Virus record (IMG/VR): IMGVR_UViG_3300029286_003722
Coordinates: 1 to 43,136 of that record
DNA length: 43,136 bases
Reading direction: 5' to 3' (one strand)
DNA from: a virus
Lineage: Duplodnaviria; Caudoviricetes
Of the stretch, positions 1 to 9,600 are shown in pieces (the first letter of the stretch is position 1; each line of letters opens with the position of its first letter). A program made the translations under genes and the position numbers. The notes beneath the pieces are model-generated. The model searched no databases. It was not told the origin of the DNA and worked only from the letters and a program-made list of their open reading frames with translations.

Positions 1-309
1 CTAGTGCCGAGCGTTAAAACCAGACACAATATCATTGGCAATATTGATAATCTCTTCATCGGTTTTGGCCTCCTCGATTTTCTCTTCTGTAACCTTCTGT
101 TCAGCCTGTATCTCCTCAGTCTTCGCTGAGGCCTCAATGACGGCCTCCTGGGAGACTTTATAGATATCACCCTGCTTCCTTTCCTTTTTGATCTCCTGAG
201 CCTGTTGGACAATCACCTTGTCCTTCTGCTTCCCCTTGTGTCGCTCGATACCAAGCCACCCTAGGAGCAGAGCGAACGCCCCAACGATCCAGACGATTAT
301 GTTACTCAT
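1..309 (-). CDS. Membrane-anchored coiled-coil lysis-cassette protein (i-spanin-like)
   Basis: ATG at 309 overlaps the upstream stop. One N-terminal TM helix (IIVWIVGAFALLLGWLGI) is followed by a charged coiled coil. Lies downstream of a holin-like gene. Confidence 0.5.
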   Translation of the reverse strand: MSNIIVWIVGAFALLLGWLGIERHKGKQKDKVIVQQAQEIKKERKQGDIYKVSQEAVIEASAKTEEIQAEQKVTEEKIEEAKTDEEIINIANDIVSGFNARH

Positions 310-640
310 TCCAGTTAAATCCATCGATATTCACTCCTTTCTGCTTGAGTAGGGCTTTTCCAATCGCCTTGCCGAGTTTCTTTATGAACAGCATGTCCAG
401 CGTGAACTGGCAGGCGAACATAATCCCCCCGTACAGGAAACACAATGGCCAATGGATGTTTTCATGGCTAAGTCCCCCATACGCCACCATGGTCAGCCCA
501 ACCGAGAATACCAGGGCGACTACCATGCACTCCCAGTTCTTTGCCCTATCCTTCCGGATGATCTTCTTGTACATCTCCAGAAACATGGCGATGCAGAGAA
601 CCGACAGGGCAAACACCACACCGAGAATCTTCCAATCCAT
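302..640 (-). CDS. Putative holin
   Basis: 112 aa with three hydrophobic segments and a Lys-rich C-terminus. GGAGAG RBS. Located after the tail genes. Confidence 0.6.
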   Translation of the reverse strand: MDWKILGVVFALSVLCIAMFLEMYKKIIRKDRAKNWECMVVALVFSVGLTMVAYGGLSHENIHWPLCFLYGGIMFACQFTLDMLFIKKLGKAIGKALLKQKGVNIDGFNWNE

Positions 641-650
641 ATCACTCTCC

Positions 651-950
651 CTATATTATATACATACGTATGACAGCCCCGATAACGGCTACCAACAGCG
701 TGATCACCAGCCATTTCACCACGGAATAGACACCGCTTTTCCATTTGGCATCGACAGCCTCATTTATCTGTATGGGGATGCTTTTCTTCAGCTCATCGAT
801 TTTTAAATCGAATTTCTGGTCGAGTGCGTCCATTTTCTTGTCCAATTTATCCAATCCTTTTTCCAGTTGTTCGAACATGATTGAAAACCGCTCCCCTAAT
901 CGTTCAATATCTTTTTCATTCTTTATGCCTTTCGGACAATCCTCGTTCAT
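651..950 (-). CDS. Small coiled-coil protein with C-terminal TM (XhlA/holin-associated-like)
   Basis: 99 aa heptad coiled coil plus C-terminal hydrophobic helix. Strong GGAGG RBS. Confidence 0.55.
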   Translation of the reverse strand: MNEDCPKGIKNEKDIERLGERFSIMFEQLEKGLDKLDKKMDALDQKFDLKIDELKKSIPIQINEAVDAKWKSGVYSVVKWLVITLLVAVIGAVIRMYII

Positions 951-1327
951 GCTTCCTCCTCCAGAACATCCACCACCTCGGTGAGGTGTAGGTAAGCCTT
1001 CACAAAGAGGTAAAGGGTATCCTTTTGGTCTGACTCGGAAACCGGTATGCTACCGGGGAAGATATCGGCTGTGGGGAATGTGGCCTCCCAGCTATGCAGT
1101 TTTGGCGTATAGGCCATTCCCACAGGGCCTCCCCAATTCAAAGTTGTTTCAACGGGAAACAATGTTTTGTATTTGGCCTCTCTTGAGGGGTATGCACAGA
1201 AATTGAACTGAGTGTATGAACATCCATTCAGGGTACTGAATATGATGTTCTCAATGCTCCAATAGGCATTTGGGAAATCCGTGTATAGGATATTGTCCTC
1301 TTTCGGTAGATTCATCAGAATAGCCAT
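947..1327 (-). CDS. Hypothetical protein, possibly tail-fibre assembly/accessory
   Basis: 126 aa, AAGGAG RBS, located after the fibre genes. Function inferred from position only. Confidence 0.5.
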   Translation of the reverse strand: MAILMNLPKEDNILYTDFPNAYWSIENIIFSTLNGCSYTQFNFCAYPSREAKYKTLFPVETTLNWGGPVGMAYTPKLHSWEATFPTADIFPGSIPVSESDQKDTLYLFVKAYLHLTEVVDVLEEEA

Positions 1328-1342
1328 TCGAAACTCCTTATA

Positions 1343-1933
1343 TTAATACGGATAATAAACCAGTTCGCTATCATCACTGGCGAGTATGGGGGAACCTCTC
1401 CTGTTGAGAGGATTGAAAATATTCGCCCGCACGTTCGCCTCATTGTCTGTCGTACCATCGGAATGGATTAAGCAGGTTGTCCCTGCACGTCCCCTTGATT
1501 TGATTAATTGTCCAGTTGGGTAGTTGTACCCAGCCAATCCCCAGCCACCAGCATAGATGGTAAGTGACCATCTGCTGTTTGACCGTGAAGGCCAATACCT
1601 GACCCTCCACAAAGGGTAGTTGGAATGATGGGAGGCATTGAGATTTCCCTCATCACGATTGTGACCATACCGCCGTGTGACCGCTCCACCCGTGGCACTC
1701 ACCTCATAATGGGATTCGGCAGACCATGCGGAGCCTGTCCAATAGGAAAGGTATATCTGGAATATCCCCGAGCCACCGAAAGCGGCGTAGGATGCGGTGC
1801 CAACGATATACCAAGCAGGACAGCACATATACACATATCTGGTCTGGTCTTTGGAGGAATGGCTATCAGACCACGTTTGAGACCATGCGCTACTGAAGTT
1901 TGCTTGCTGTATCCTACTGTATTGTGTACTCAT
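1343..1933 (-). CDS. Putative tail-tip/receptor-binding accessory protein
   Basis: ATG at 1933 directly follows the fibre stop at 1935-1937. 196 aa, rich in W/Y/S/G, beta-strand-like. Confidence 0.5.
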   Translation of the reverse strand: MSTQYSRIQQANFSSAWSQTWSDSHSSKDQTRYVYMCCPAWYIVGTASYAAFGGSGIFQIYLSYWTGSAWSAESHYEVSATGGAVTRRYGHNRDEGNLNASHHSNYPLWRVRYWPSRSNSRWSLTIYAGGWGLAGYNYPTGQLIKSRGRAGTTCLIHSDGTTDNEANVRANIFNPLNRRGSPILASDDSELVYYPY

Positions 1934-1934
1934 A

Positions 1935-4124
1935 TCAGTTGAATACCGCACCATATACAATCTTTGTAGTACCTGCGGAATTTACATTACCATTAACTTG
2001 TGTACCATTAACTGTTGTGAAATTTCCTTCTACAAACGGTTCGTTTTGAGTACCTATCACATTGAAATCCTTGCCATCACCGTTTGATTTTCGGAGTAGT
2101 GAAGATACTAATACACTTCGCATTTGCTCTACGATTATAAAATTTGTAGAATACCCGTCATATGCTCCGGATGTAGAACCTTGTGCGGGCCATATGTTTA
2201 TAATCCTTGTACCATTGTTAGTGTTGAGAGTGACACTAGACGCATTTTTTAGCACTGATAATACAGTAAGGTTCTCACTGGATGCACCTAAAGCATCATA
2301 AGTAAGTGTGCCACTTGCAGTATAGACAATTCCTCCTGTAAGCCCGCTTATCACAGATTGGGTAAACAGTGCATCCCCTTTCTTGTATTGTAGATTGCTT
2401 GCCGAACTCCACGAAGGGGAAGAAAGTGTCAGCACATCATCCCTATATTGCCCCTGAAGAATCGTACTATATGTACCATCTGTGAATCTCAACAAAACAC
2501 CGGGGCCGACATGTGCGGAAAGAGCTTTTAATGTATAAGGGCCAGCTTGCCCTGATACTCTCACAGGGTCTTCCGCATCCTCTACATAACCCCAGATAGA
2601 GCAAGTAAACACATCTCCCGGAACAGCAGGCCACGTCAAAGTCCTGTTCGCCACATCCGATGTATTACGCCATACACTTACATTGGCTCCTCCACCTGCC
2701 GGGGTCTTCATGATTCTAAATCCAGCGTCATATCCAGACATAGAAGCCCCAGAATATCCGGAAAACTCCACCATATCGCATCCAGCAGGTATAGTTATAC
2801 TATCAAGAATGGTTGGCCCCTCATCTTCGCCTATTGAAGCACTTCTTGTAACGGTTAAAAATGACTGTTTTGTTGAATTGGAAAGCCGTGATATCCCATT
2901 GATAGTCTTTCCACCATATGTCCCAGAAGCGGACACTGGTGCTATATTTTCCGTGATTCCAGTGAGGTCATTATATAGCTTTGTCGTGAGCCACAAATCC
3001 TTAGTGTTACTAAGAACAACACTGTTATTTGTTCCACCCTTATACTCCATAGTTTCCAATGCTTCATGTTTTATCTTTCCAGTGAATGTCCCCCCTTCGG
3101 CGGTCATGTCCTTCATGACAGCATTTCTGGACTTCATCGAACTGTTAGGCCCATCAAGATTAAAACCAGCGGTCGGTGTCCCTGAAGCGTCTTCCGCATA
3201 GTTGGGAGACTTGGCGTTCTGCACGACCAAGTTAGCGGCCAGCATTTCCACCGCCGCAAGACGCTTGAATACCTGTTGGGCCCCCAGAGCCTGAGCCCAA
3301 TCAGTGGCATCGCTTATATCCTCTTTGGCCAGAAGTTCGATAAGGTGGGATTTGCAGAAATCCTCCGGTTCGTAGCCAGTGAAAATCTTCATTTCGCTGA
3401 ACATCGCATTGATGTATTTGAAAGACCCGAACACGAAAGTATTGCCAGATATGTCTATCACGGCGGCGGTGTTGTAATCCTTCCACTCAATCCAATGGGC
3501 TGTACCACTAGACTGTGCGGACATTTTCGCGAATCGAGGACTTGCCCAAGCAGGATTGTACAGTACGTATCCCATTCCACTGCCAGTGAGGGCCAATGAG
3601 TAGGTCGGTACGGTCAATCCATCAGAGCCGCTCACACACATGATCCCACTGGCTGCCTGAAACGCTCCTGAAGAACTGAATGACCCAAGAATGAGGGTAG
3701 ACCCGGAAGTGGCCAGTCCAAGCTGGCCGGAAATACCGACAGGTCCGGTAGGACCGGTTTGCCCAGGATCACCCTGGTACACCTTGGTGATGCTGTACCG
3801 CTTGGTTATAGACGGCTCTCCACTCTTGGAAGCGGTGATATCCACATACGCGGAGTCGGCAGATACCGCTGTCACCGACAACACACCTGTAGCACTGTTG
3901 ATTGTTGAGGTAGCATTGGTTTGGGCTTTGGAGAACGTCCACCCGGTTTCAAGCACACTCCCACGATAGACATTCATCCTTGTAGTGAGTGGGGTGGTGG
4001 ACAATGGGGTTATCGGAGTCCCGGAAGCATTGACAGGCACAAGCCCTGCATCGCTAACGAGCAGGGCATACAGCATTTCATTGTGATCGTACAGTGTTAA
4101 TGATCCGACTCCGACAACCGCCAT
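1935..4124 (-). CDS. Tail fibre / receptor-binding protein (729 aa)
   Basis: Likely start is ATG 4124 with AAGGAG at 4131-4136. Ig-like N-domain, collagen-like GDPGQTGPTGPVG linker and S/T/G-rich beta C-terminus. Confidence 0.8.
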   Translation of the reverse strand: MAVVGVGSLTLYDHNEMLYALLVSDAGLVPVNASGTPITPLSTTPLTTRMNVYRGSVLETGWTFSKAQTNATSTINSATGVLSVTAVSADSAYVDITASKSGEPSITKRYSITKVYQGDPGQTGPTGPVGISGQLGLATSGSTLILGSFSSSGAFQAASGIMCVSGSDGLTVPTYSLALTGSGMGYVLYNPAWASPRFAKMSAQSSGTAHWIEWKDYNTAAVIDISGNTFVFGSFKYINAMFSEMKIFTGYEPEDFCKSHLIELLAKEDISDATDWAQALGAQQVFKRLAAVEMLAANLVVQNAKSPNYAEDASGTPTAGFNLDGPNSSMKSRNAVMKDMTAEGGTFTGKIKHEALETMEYKGGTNNSVVLSNTKDLWLTTKLYNDLTGITENIAPVSASGTYGGKTINGISRLSNSTKQSFLTVTRSASIGEDEGPTILDSITIPAGCDMVEFSGYSGASMSGYDAGFRIMKTPAGGGANVSVWRNTSDVANRTLTWPAVPGDVFTCSIWGYVEDAEDPVRVSGQAGPYTLKALSAHVGPGVLLRFTDGTYSTILQGQYRDDVLTLSSPSWSSASNLQYKKGDALFTQSVISGLTGGIVYTASGTLTYDALGASSENLTVLSVLKNASSVTLNTNNGTRIINIWPAQGSTSGAYDGYSTNFIIVEQMRSVLVSSLLRKSNGDGKDFNVIGTQNEPFVEGNFTTVNGTQVNGNVNSAGTTKIVYGAVFN

Positions 4125-4134
4125 TGCGTTCTCC

Positions 4135-5478
4135 TTACGACCTGCTGGCAGTGCAATAGATCGCGCAAGTCCCATCCACATCGATGTCACGCACCACAAA
4201 GGCAGTGGCCGCACTGGAAGAGCCTCTCCCTGCCGTCGCACCGCTTCCGATGTAGACATACAGTTTTCCACCGACAAACTGGTTCGCAGTGGGCACAGTG
4301 GATTCAAATCCATTCTGGGGTGATCGGATGGTGATGGTATTAGTAGCGACCGATGCGACCTCATAGGAGGCAATCGACAGCCCATCAGCTGAGACGACCC
4401 TGATAACCGAGCCAGCGACCAGACCCGAGATAGCCGCACCGTCATGGGTGATGGTTCCGGATATCGTGGTGCCATGGGCGGTGATGTTCCTGGCGTTCGT
4501 TCCATCCGTCTTGGTGCTGTCGATGAACCCGGACTTCTTCCCGAAACGGTCGTACAGGTCCCAGGCAAAGGTATATCCAGCCAGATCGGATACCAACGAA
4601 CCGCCATATCTGACCTGTGGGGTAAGGTTCTTTGTCCCCACTCCATTGAGGAATACTTCGGATTCAGGGCATTTCACGGTCACTTCGTAGGGATCGGACA
4701 GGTCATGCACCACGAAGCTCCTGGTAAAGGTGGTGCCACCAGCGTCCTTTGCTTTGACCTGGAACAACCCGATGTCGGTTATGGCCTCCTCACTGATCAC
4801 GATGGTCTTCACGTCTGCCCATGTTCCGTCCGCTGGATTGGATGCGGCGGCTCCGGCTGTCGTCTTGAAAGAGATTTTCCCCCCTGTGACCAGCGCGTGA
4901 TTGGCGTCAAGCTGGTCTGCGGCTGCATAGGGGGATATGAACCATTGGTAGGTGATTCCGGTGGTGTCTTCCGTTGATCCCCTGACAAGGCGGGCCGTAA
5001 TGGTGGCTTTGTTCTTCACCCCTTCAGCGGTTTTCTCAATGATGAATTGTCCATCGACATCGAGCGTCACTCCCGATGTGCCGTTACGCTGGCATGTGAG
5101 GGTGATGGAGGTCTGCACCACTGAAGCGATTCTGGTCACCGGATCGGTGTAGGTTCCCTCATAGAAAACCTGATAGACCGGAGAGGCTGAGGGGATGTTG
5201 GTGTTTTTGGATAGGGTCGCGCCGGTTCCCAAATCCGAGCCGCCGATGGTGGTGCCCCACTTGTGCCCAGTCATGACCGGATGCACGTTCACACCCCTCG
5301 CGTAGATGAAGGGAGTCAGCACGTTTGCCGTGCCTGCCCAGTTAGGGACATACGTGGTGGAGCCTTCCTCCTCAGTGTAGACCTGCTGCGATTTTTGCGA
5401 AGGACTGATGAGCGCCGTGATCGGTGCGGCATCATTGTGGTCGTATAATGTAATCTGGCCAGTTGAAACGATTCCCAT
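4135..5478 (-). CDS. Tail fibre segment with tandem Ig-like domains (447 aa)
   Basis: AAGGAG RBS. N-terminus MGIVSTGQITLYDHND. Three repeats with TYQWF/TFAWD-type strands. Confidence 0.75.
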   Translation of the reverse strand: MGIVSTGQITLYDHNDAAPITALISPSQKSQQVYTEEEGSTTYVPNWAGTANVLTPFIYARGVNVHPVMTGHKWGTTIGGSDLGTGATLSKNTNIPSASPVYQVFYEGTYTDPVTRIASVVQTSITLTCQRNGTSGVTLDVDGQFIIEKTAEGVKNKATITARLVRGSTEDTTGITYQWFISPYAAADQLDANHALVTGGKISFKTTAGAAASNPADGTWADVKTIVISEEAITDIGLFQVKAKDAGGTTFTRSFVVHDLSDPYEVTVKCPESEVFLNGVGTKNLTPQVRYGGSLVSDLAGYTFAWDLYDRFGKKSGFIDSTKTDGTNARNITAHGTTISGTITHDGAAISGLVAGSVIRVVSADGLSIASYEVASVATNTITIRSPQNGFESTVPTANQFVGGKLYVYIGSGATAGRGSSSAATAFVVRDIDVDGTCAIYCTASRS

Positions 5479-5490
5479 GATATTCTCTCC

Positions 5491-6609
5491 TTATAGATGG
5501 ATCTCAAGTGTGTAGGTTGCCCTAGCCTCAATAGAATCGGCGGTGATGTTCACCTGCCGATATCCGCTTGCGTGTGACAGGTTCCATGAGTAGTCATCAT
5601 CGGGTGGCAACCTCTCATGGAAACTGATACGCTTCCAGGTGAATGATGAATCAGGAAGATCGTTGGTAACCTCTATCCCGTTGAGATACACATGGCCGTA
5701 CAGGGTCGTGGACATGGCCTCACCCGGCTTGAACACGTCCCCGTTGCTCGACTCGACCACCGTCACATACGCCTTGCCCTGCTCCCCCTGTGGGCCTGGA
5801 ACCTCAACACTGATGGTGATGAATCCGGTCTTCGTGTAATACATGGTGTCGCTGTACTGATACCTGAACCGGCACAGGAAAGACGCCGAATCATACACCA
5901 GATCCCCGTACGATACGGTGAGCGTTTTTCCCGTGGGGCTTTCCCTCCAGGAAGCATCCGCCTCACGGTCCTCGGAGACCCGCTCCCAGGTAAAACAGCT
6001 ATCGCCATACTCACTGGTGACATCCACCCCCTCACGGAGAAGCATAGCCGAAAGCGTCGATGGGGAGTTGTCAGCGGGAACCGTCTGGCCAGTCGAACTG
6101 GAGACCACCACCTCGAATTTGATCCGGGAATCCAAACCGCCGATCAGCCCGGTGGTGTACCGGAAGATCTGCTCCTCCACAAGGGAGGAAAGGCGGTAGT
6201 ACTCACTGAAGAGAGCCATCAGGGAATCGAAAGAAGTGATCTCGGTTCCGGTAGCCATATCCGCCAGAATATCCTCCAGGTTCGCCGTCAATTCCTGGTA
6301 TGCTGCCAGATACTCCAGGAACACGTCCTGATCGGAGATCCCATAGGATTCGGCTTTGGCCACAAGCACCGGATGGTTGGCCGAAATGACACTGGCTTCC
6401 CGTGCGAGCACAGATTTCTCAGAGGCCGTTATGTAGTTATCGGCTCCTATCTGCTCGAGCTGGCCCAGGATCGCCTTCGTGTCGCGCTTGATGAGCTGCG
6501 CATCGAGTTGCTGGCGGAACTCCTGGACAGTGTTCTTCTTCCCACCCTTGAGTTCGATGACCTCATCGACCAGGAGAGACCTTCCCGCGTTGTTGTATTG
6601 GTTGCTCAC
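5491..6609 (-). CDS. Tail fibre proximal/adaptor protein (372 aa)
   Basis: GTG at 6609 overlaps the upstream TGA, with a GGAGG RBS. Helical N-region, then two Ig-like repeats (FTWERVS / FTWKRIS) separated by GPQGEQG. Confidence 0.7.
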   Translation of the reverse strand: MSNQYNNAGRSLLVDEVIELKGGKKNTVQEFRQQLDAQLIKRDTKAILGQLEQIGADNYITASEKSVLAREASVISANHPVLVAKAESYGISDQDVFLEYLAAYQELTANLEDILADMATGTEITSFDSLMALFSEYYRLSSLVEEQIFRYTTGLIGGLDSRIKFEVVVSSSTGQTVPADNSPSTLSAMLLREGVDVTSEYGDSCFTWERVSEDREADASWRESPTGKTLTVSYGDLVYDSASFLCRFRYQYSDTMYYTKTGFITISVEVPGPQGEQGKAYVTVVESSNGDVFKPGEAMSTTLYGHVYLNGIEVTNDLPDSSFTWKRISFHERLPPDDDYSWNLSHASGYRQVNITADSIEARATYTLEIHL

Positions 6610-9600
6610 AGATCCCCTCCAAAAACCCGCTCTCCGAATTTTCCCCACTCGGAGTTGACCAGGTACAGGGGATTCATCTCCTGCACCGATTTGATGGCTT
6701 TCTTCCCGATCCCCGCTGGCAAGCCCACCACTTTTGCTCCCTCAAACATCAGGTCTCCGATCCGGTCAAGGATCTTCACATCGTCTCCCGTGGTCAAAGC
6801 CTGGAGCAATGAGCCAAGGGGAGCCGGAGAGACAATGCCGGATCCAGACCATCCGGAAACTCCTTCAGACACCACCGAGCCGATCATGGGCATGGTGTCC
6901 TTCACCAATTCCTCCAGCAGCGCACCTTGGATTTTCTTCCGTTCCTTTTCCTCATCATCATCCTTGTCAGGCAGGAATGCTCCGGAGATTGCCATCTGCA
7001 ATCCAATATTCAATGCCAGGGAGACGGTGGTTCCGATGATCCGCCTGGAGTCATGCTGTTTCCAGTAGTAGGGGATATCGTGCCACACCTGGTTGATGTG
7101 CTGCATCGTGTCATTTGAGAACATGAACATGAGGCGGAGCCAGGGATTCTTGTTCCGCTGGATCTCATTCAGATCGGTCGCATTGGTGACGCTCTGGGTC
7201 TCGGCGATAAACTGAGAGGCCCTGAAGGCGGCTTCCCTACTCAGCGCATCAACATCACTAGAAGACTTTTCGTTCTTCTTCAGATACGATTGGTAGGCCG
7301 ACAGCCACAGGACGTGTTTGATTGACATGTCCATCCATCCGAGATGCGCCATGCCGATATCGAGCGTCTTCTGGAGCCCCCGGCCTGCAGAGGTCTTGCG
7401 CTTGGCGGCTCTCATGCGTGCCACATCGATATCGAACGCCTGGTGCTTCAATTCGGGAGCTAGACTCTCAATGGTCGCGATGGCTTCCGCATGGCTTTCC
7501 CAGTTCATCAGTTGTGCAGTCGCCTTGAAATACCCGTACAGAGAGATATCACCCCTGAAGAGCGCGGAGACTGATCCTACTTGCCGGAACAGTGACGATA
7601 CGGAGAACGCAAGCGTGGCCCCGGAAGCAGTGGAGACAATTTTGTTCACCATCTGGTCCATATCGGATAGCACCAAATTCGGGGATCCCACATCATTCAC
7701 ATAGTTCTGGACAGCCTTGCTGTAGGAAGCTCCATACCGGTCAGAAATGATTCTTCCCAGTGCTCCCTTGTTGGATAGCATGAAATTCAAATCCCGTACC
7801 CATTGTGCCCAAGCTATGAAGTGTTCCTGTCGGCGGACGTTCTTTTCGAATATGTTTGTCGCATCCAATCGGAGCGCATATTTGGCCCAATGGTTTATGG
7901 CCTTGGTGAATCCCTTGTCGGTATACCGCACCGGGTCACCTTTTGGCCCAACCAGGAGATCCGTGTTGCCCTCGGTGGTTTTGTTCTCCGCCTCGAAGGT
8001 GAAGTAGTTCCGCCTTTTTCCAAGGCGTTTGTTATACACGCGGTAGAACACCTCGGCAAGCCTCTGCCAGTGCCCTTCCCCTCCCAGGGCGGAGATCAGG
8101 TATTCGGCATATCCCTTTTCCCTGTCAGTCAGCTTCCCAACCGCCTCGGAGAGCTGTTCGGGATTCAGCCGATTGCCAACCACCTGGTCGTAGAGCTTGA
8201 TGCAACCTTCCTCCTCCTTGGAGAAGATGTACAGTCCGATCACCTGATCCCGGGTGAGACTGATCCCATCACCCTTCCCGATCTTGCTTTTCACCACCGG
8301 CGAATAGGTGTAGATGATTTTCTGCAGGCTTTCATCGGAGATCCCGAGCTCGGTTCTTTTCTGTTTCCCTTCGGCAATCCTGGTATCCGCGTTCTGGAAT
8401 TCATGCTGCTGGTTGTAGTGCGCTTTTCTCACAAGCTGGTCATACAGCACCCCTTCCTTCTGTCCATCAAGAAGCCGAGCGATGCGCTGCATCTTGGTCC
8501 ACCAGGCATTGGCTGTCCTGAGTTCCTTTCCAAGACCGTCATCCTTGACCTTCCCCCCTACAGTGGAGAGGTTGTCGGTCAGGTCGTAAGAGACGGATGC
8601 GGAGCCGGAGATGGTGGGATCCACACCGATGGTCTGCTTGTAGTATGCGACCTCCACAGCATCCCTTCGGGCGCTCTGATCAAGCATCCGGCCATTGTGC
8701 ATGATCCTGGCATCCCTGCCCATCATCCGCACGCCCAGGACAAGATCCTCCATATCCTCGACAGTCCACTGCTCAAGTTTCAACCCGCCAATGAGCATGG
8801 ACATGATCGATGGATCCAGATACTGCTCCAACACCGACCGGTCTTGTTCCCACGGAGAGTGTACGGAATCATCCTCTTTCCGTGCCAGGTGCAGGGCTTC
8901 CTGGACCCAGTGGAACACCGGCTCATAGGATGCATCCATGGTTTCATCCACAAACTGGAGGTTCTTTCTCACCCGGGCCTGGAGATCCTCAATATTTTCC
9001 CTGAGCTTTCTGGCTCGGTCCCTCCGTTCCCAGGCCCTTACCGTATCCTCAAGGGAGCGGACATTCTGATTCTGTTCTGTCAACTGGGTTCTCAGGGTCC
9101 TCACCCTTTCACGGCGGTCGGCAAGATCCCTGGCCAACTGGGCCGCTTTCGAAGCCTTCGCTGATTTCGCATCGAGTTGGTTGGCCAGGGAGGAGGACCG
9201 ATTACGCTCATCCTGCAGATTGGTTCTCACGGCTCTCAACTCGAGGCTATATTTCCCCAATGCTTCAGTAGTGGCCTTCAGTTCCTGTCGGCCGGTATCC
9301 AGCTGTTTTCTCAGGCCCTCAATCTCCGCAAGGTGGGCTTTCCCCTGGGCCCTGAGCTCGGCGTCCGCCTGGAGCTCCATGGCGTAGACACCACGGTGGG
9401 TTGCCAACCGGTCCCTGGCATCGAAGCGCTGCTGTTTGTCGGCACTGGTCCGCAGGTACTTGGCAACCTCACTGTCGGTCATCTCATTTAGAGCCAATGG
9501 CGCTAGGATTTCCTCCATCTCCTCCCCAAGAGCATCGTAATAAGCGTCCCGGGAAGCATCTCCGCGGGGAAGAATGCCTTTGTACTCAAGGACCCGGTCC

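Noticed and set aside
947-4124. Diversity-generating retroelement or invertible tail-fibre cassette (expected in some BPP-1-like phages)
   Set aside because: No reverse transcriptase, invertase, or TR/VR repeat pair was seen in the window.
4125-4646. 174-aa N-terminal extension of the 903-aa ORF (possible frameshift fusion with the upstream gene)
   Set aside because: It overlaps the 4135-5478 gene in another frame and reads as non-protein-like. A strong RBS and ATG exist at 4124, and I saw no slippery site.
5692-9164. Long plus-strand ORFs (5692-7068, 7803-9164) and similar antisense ORFs elsewhere
   Set aside because: These are shadows of minus-strand genes in GC-rich coding DNA, with no RBS or recognisable motifs.
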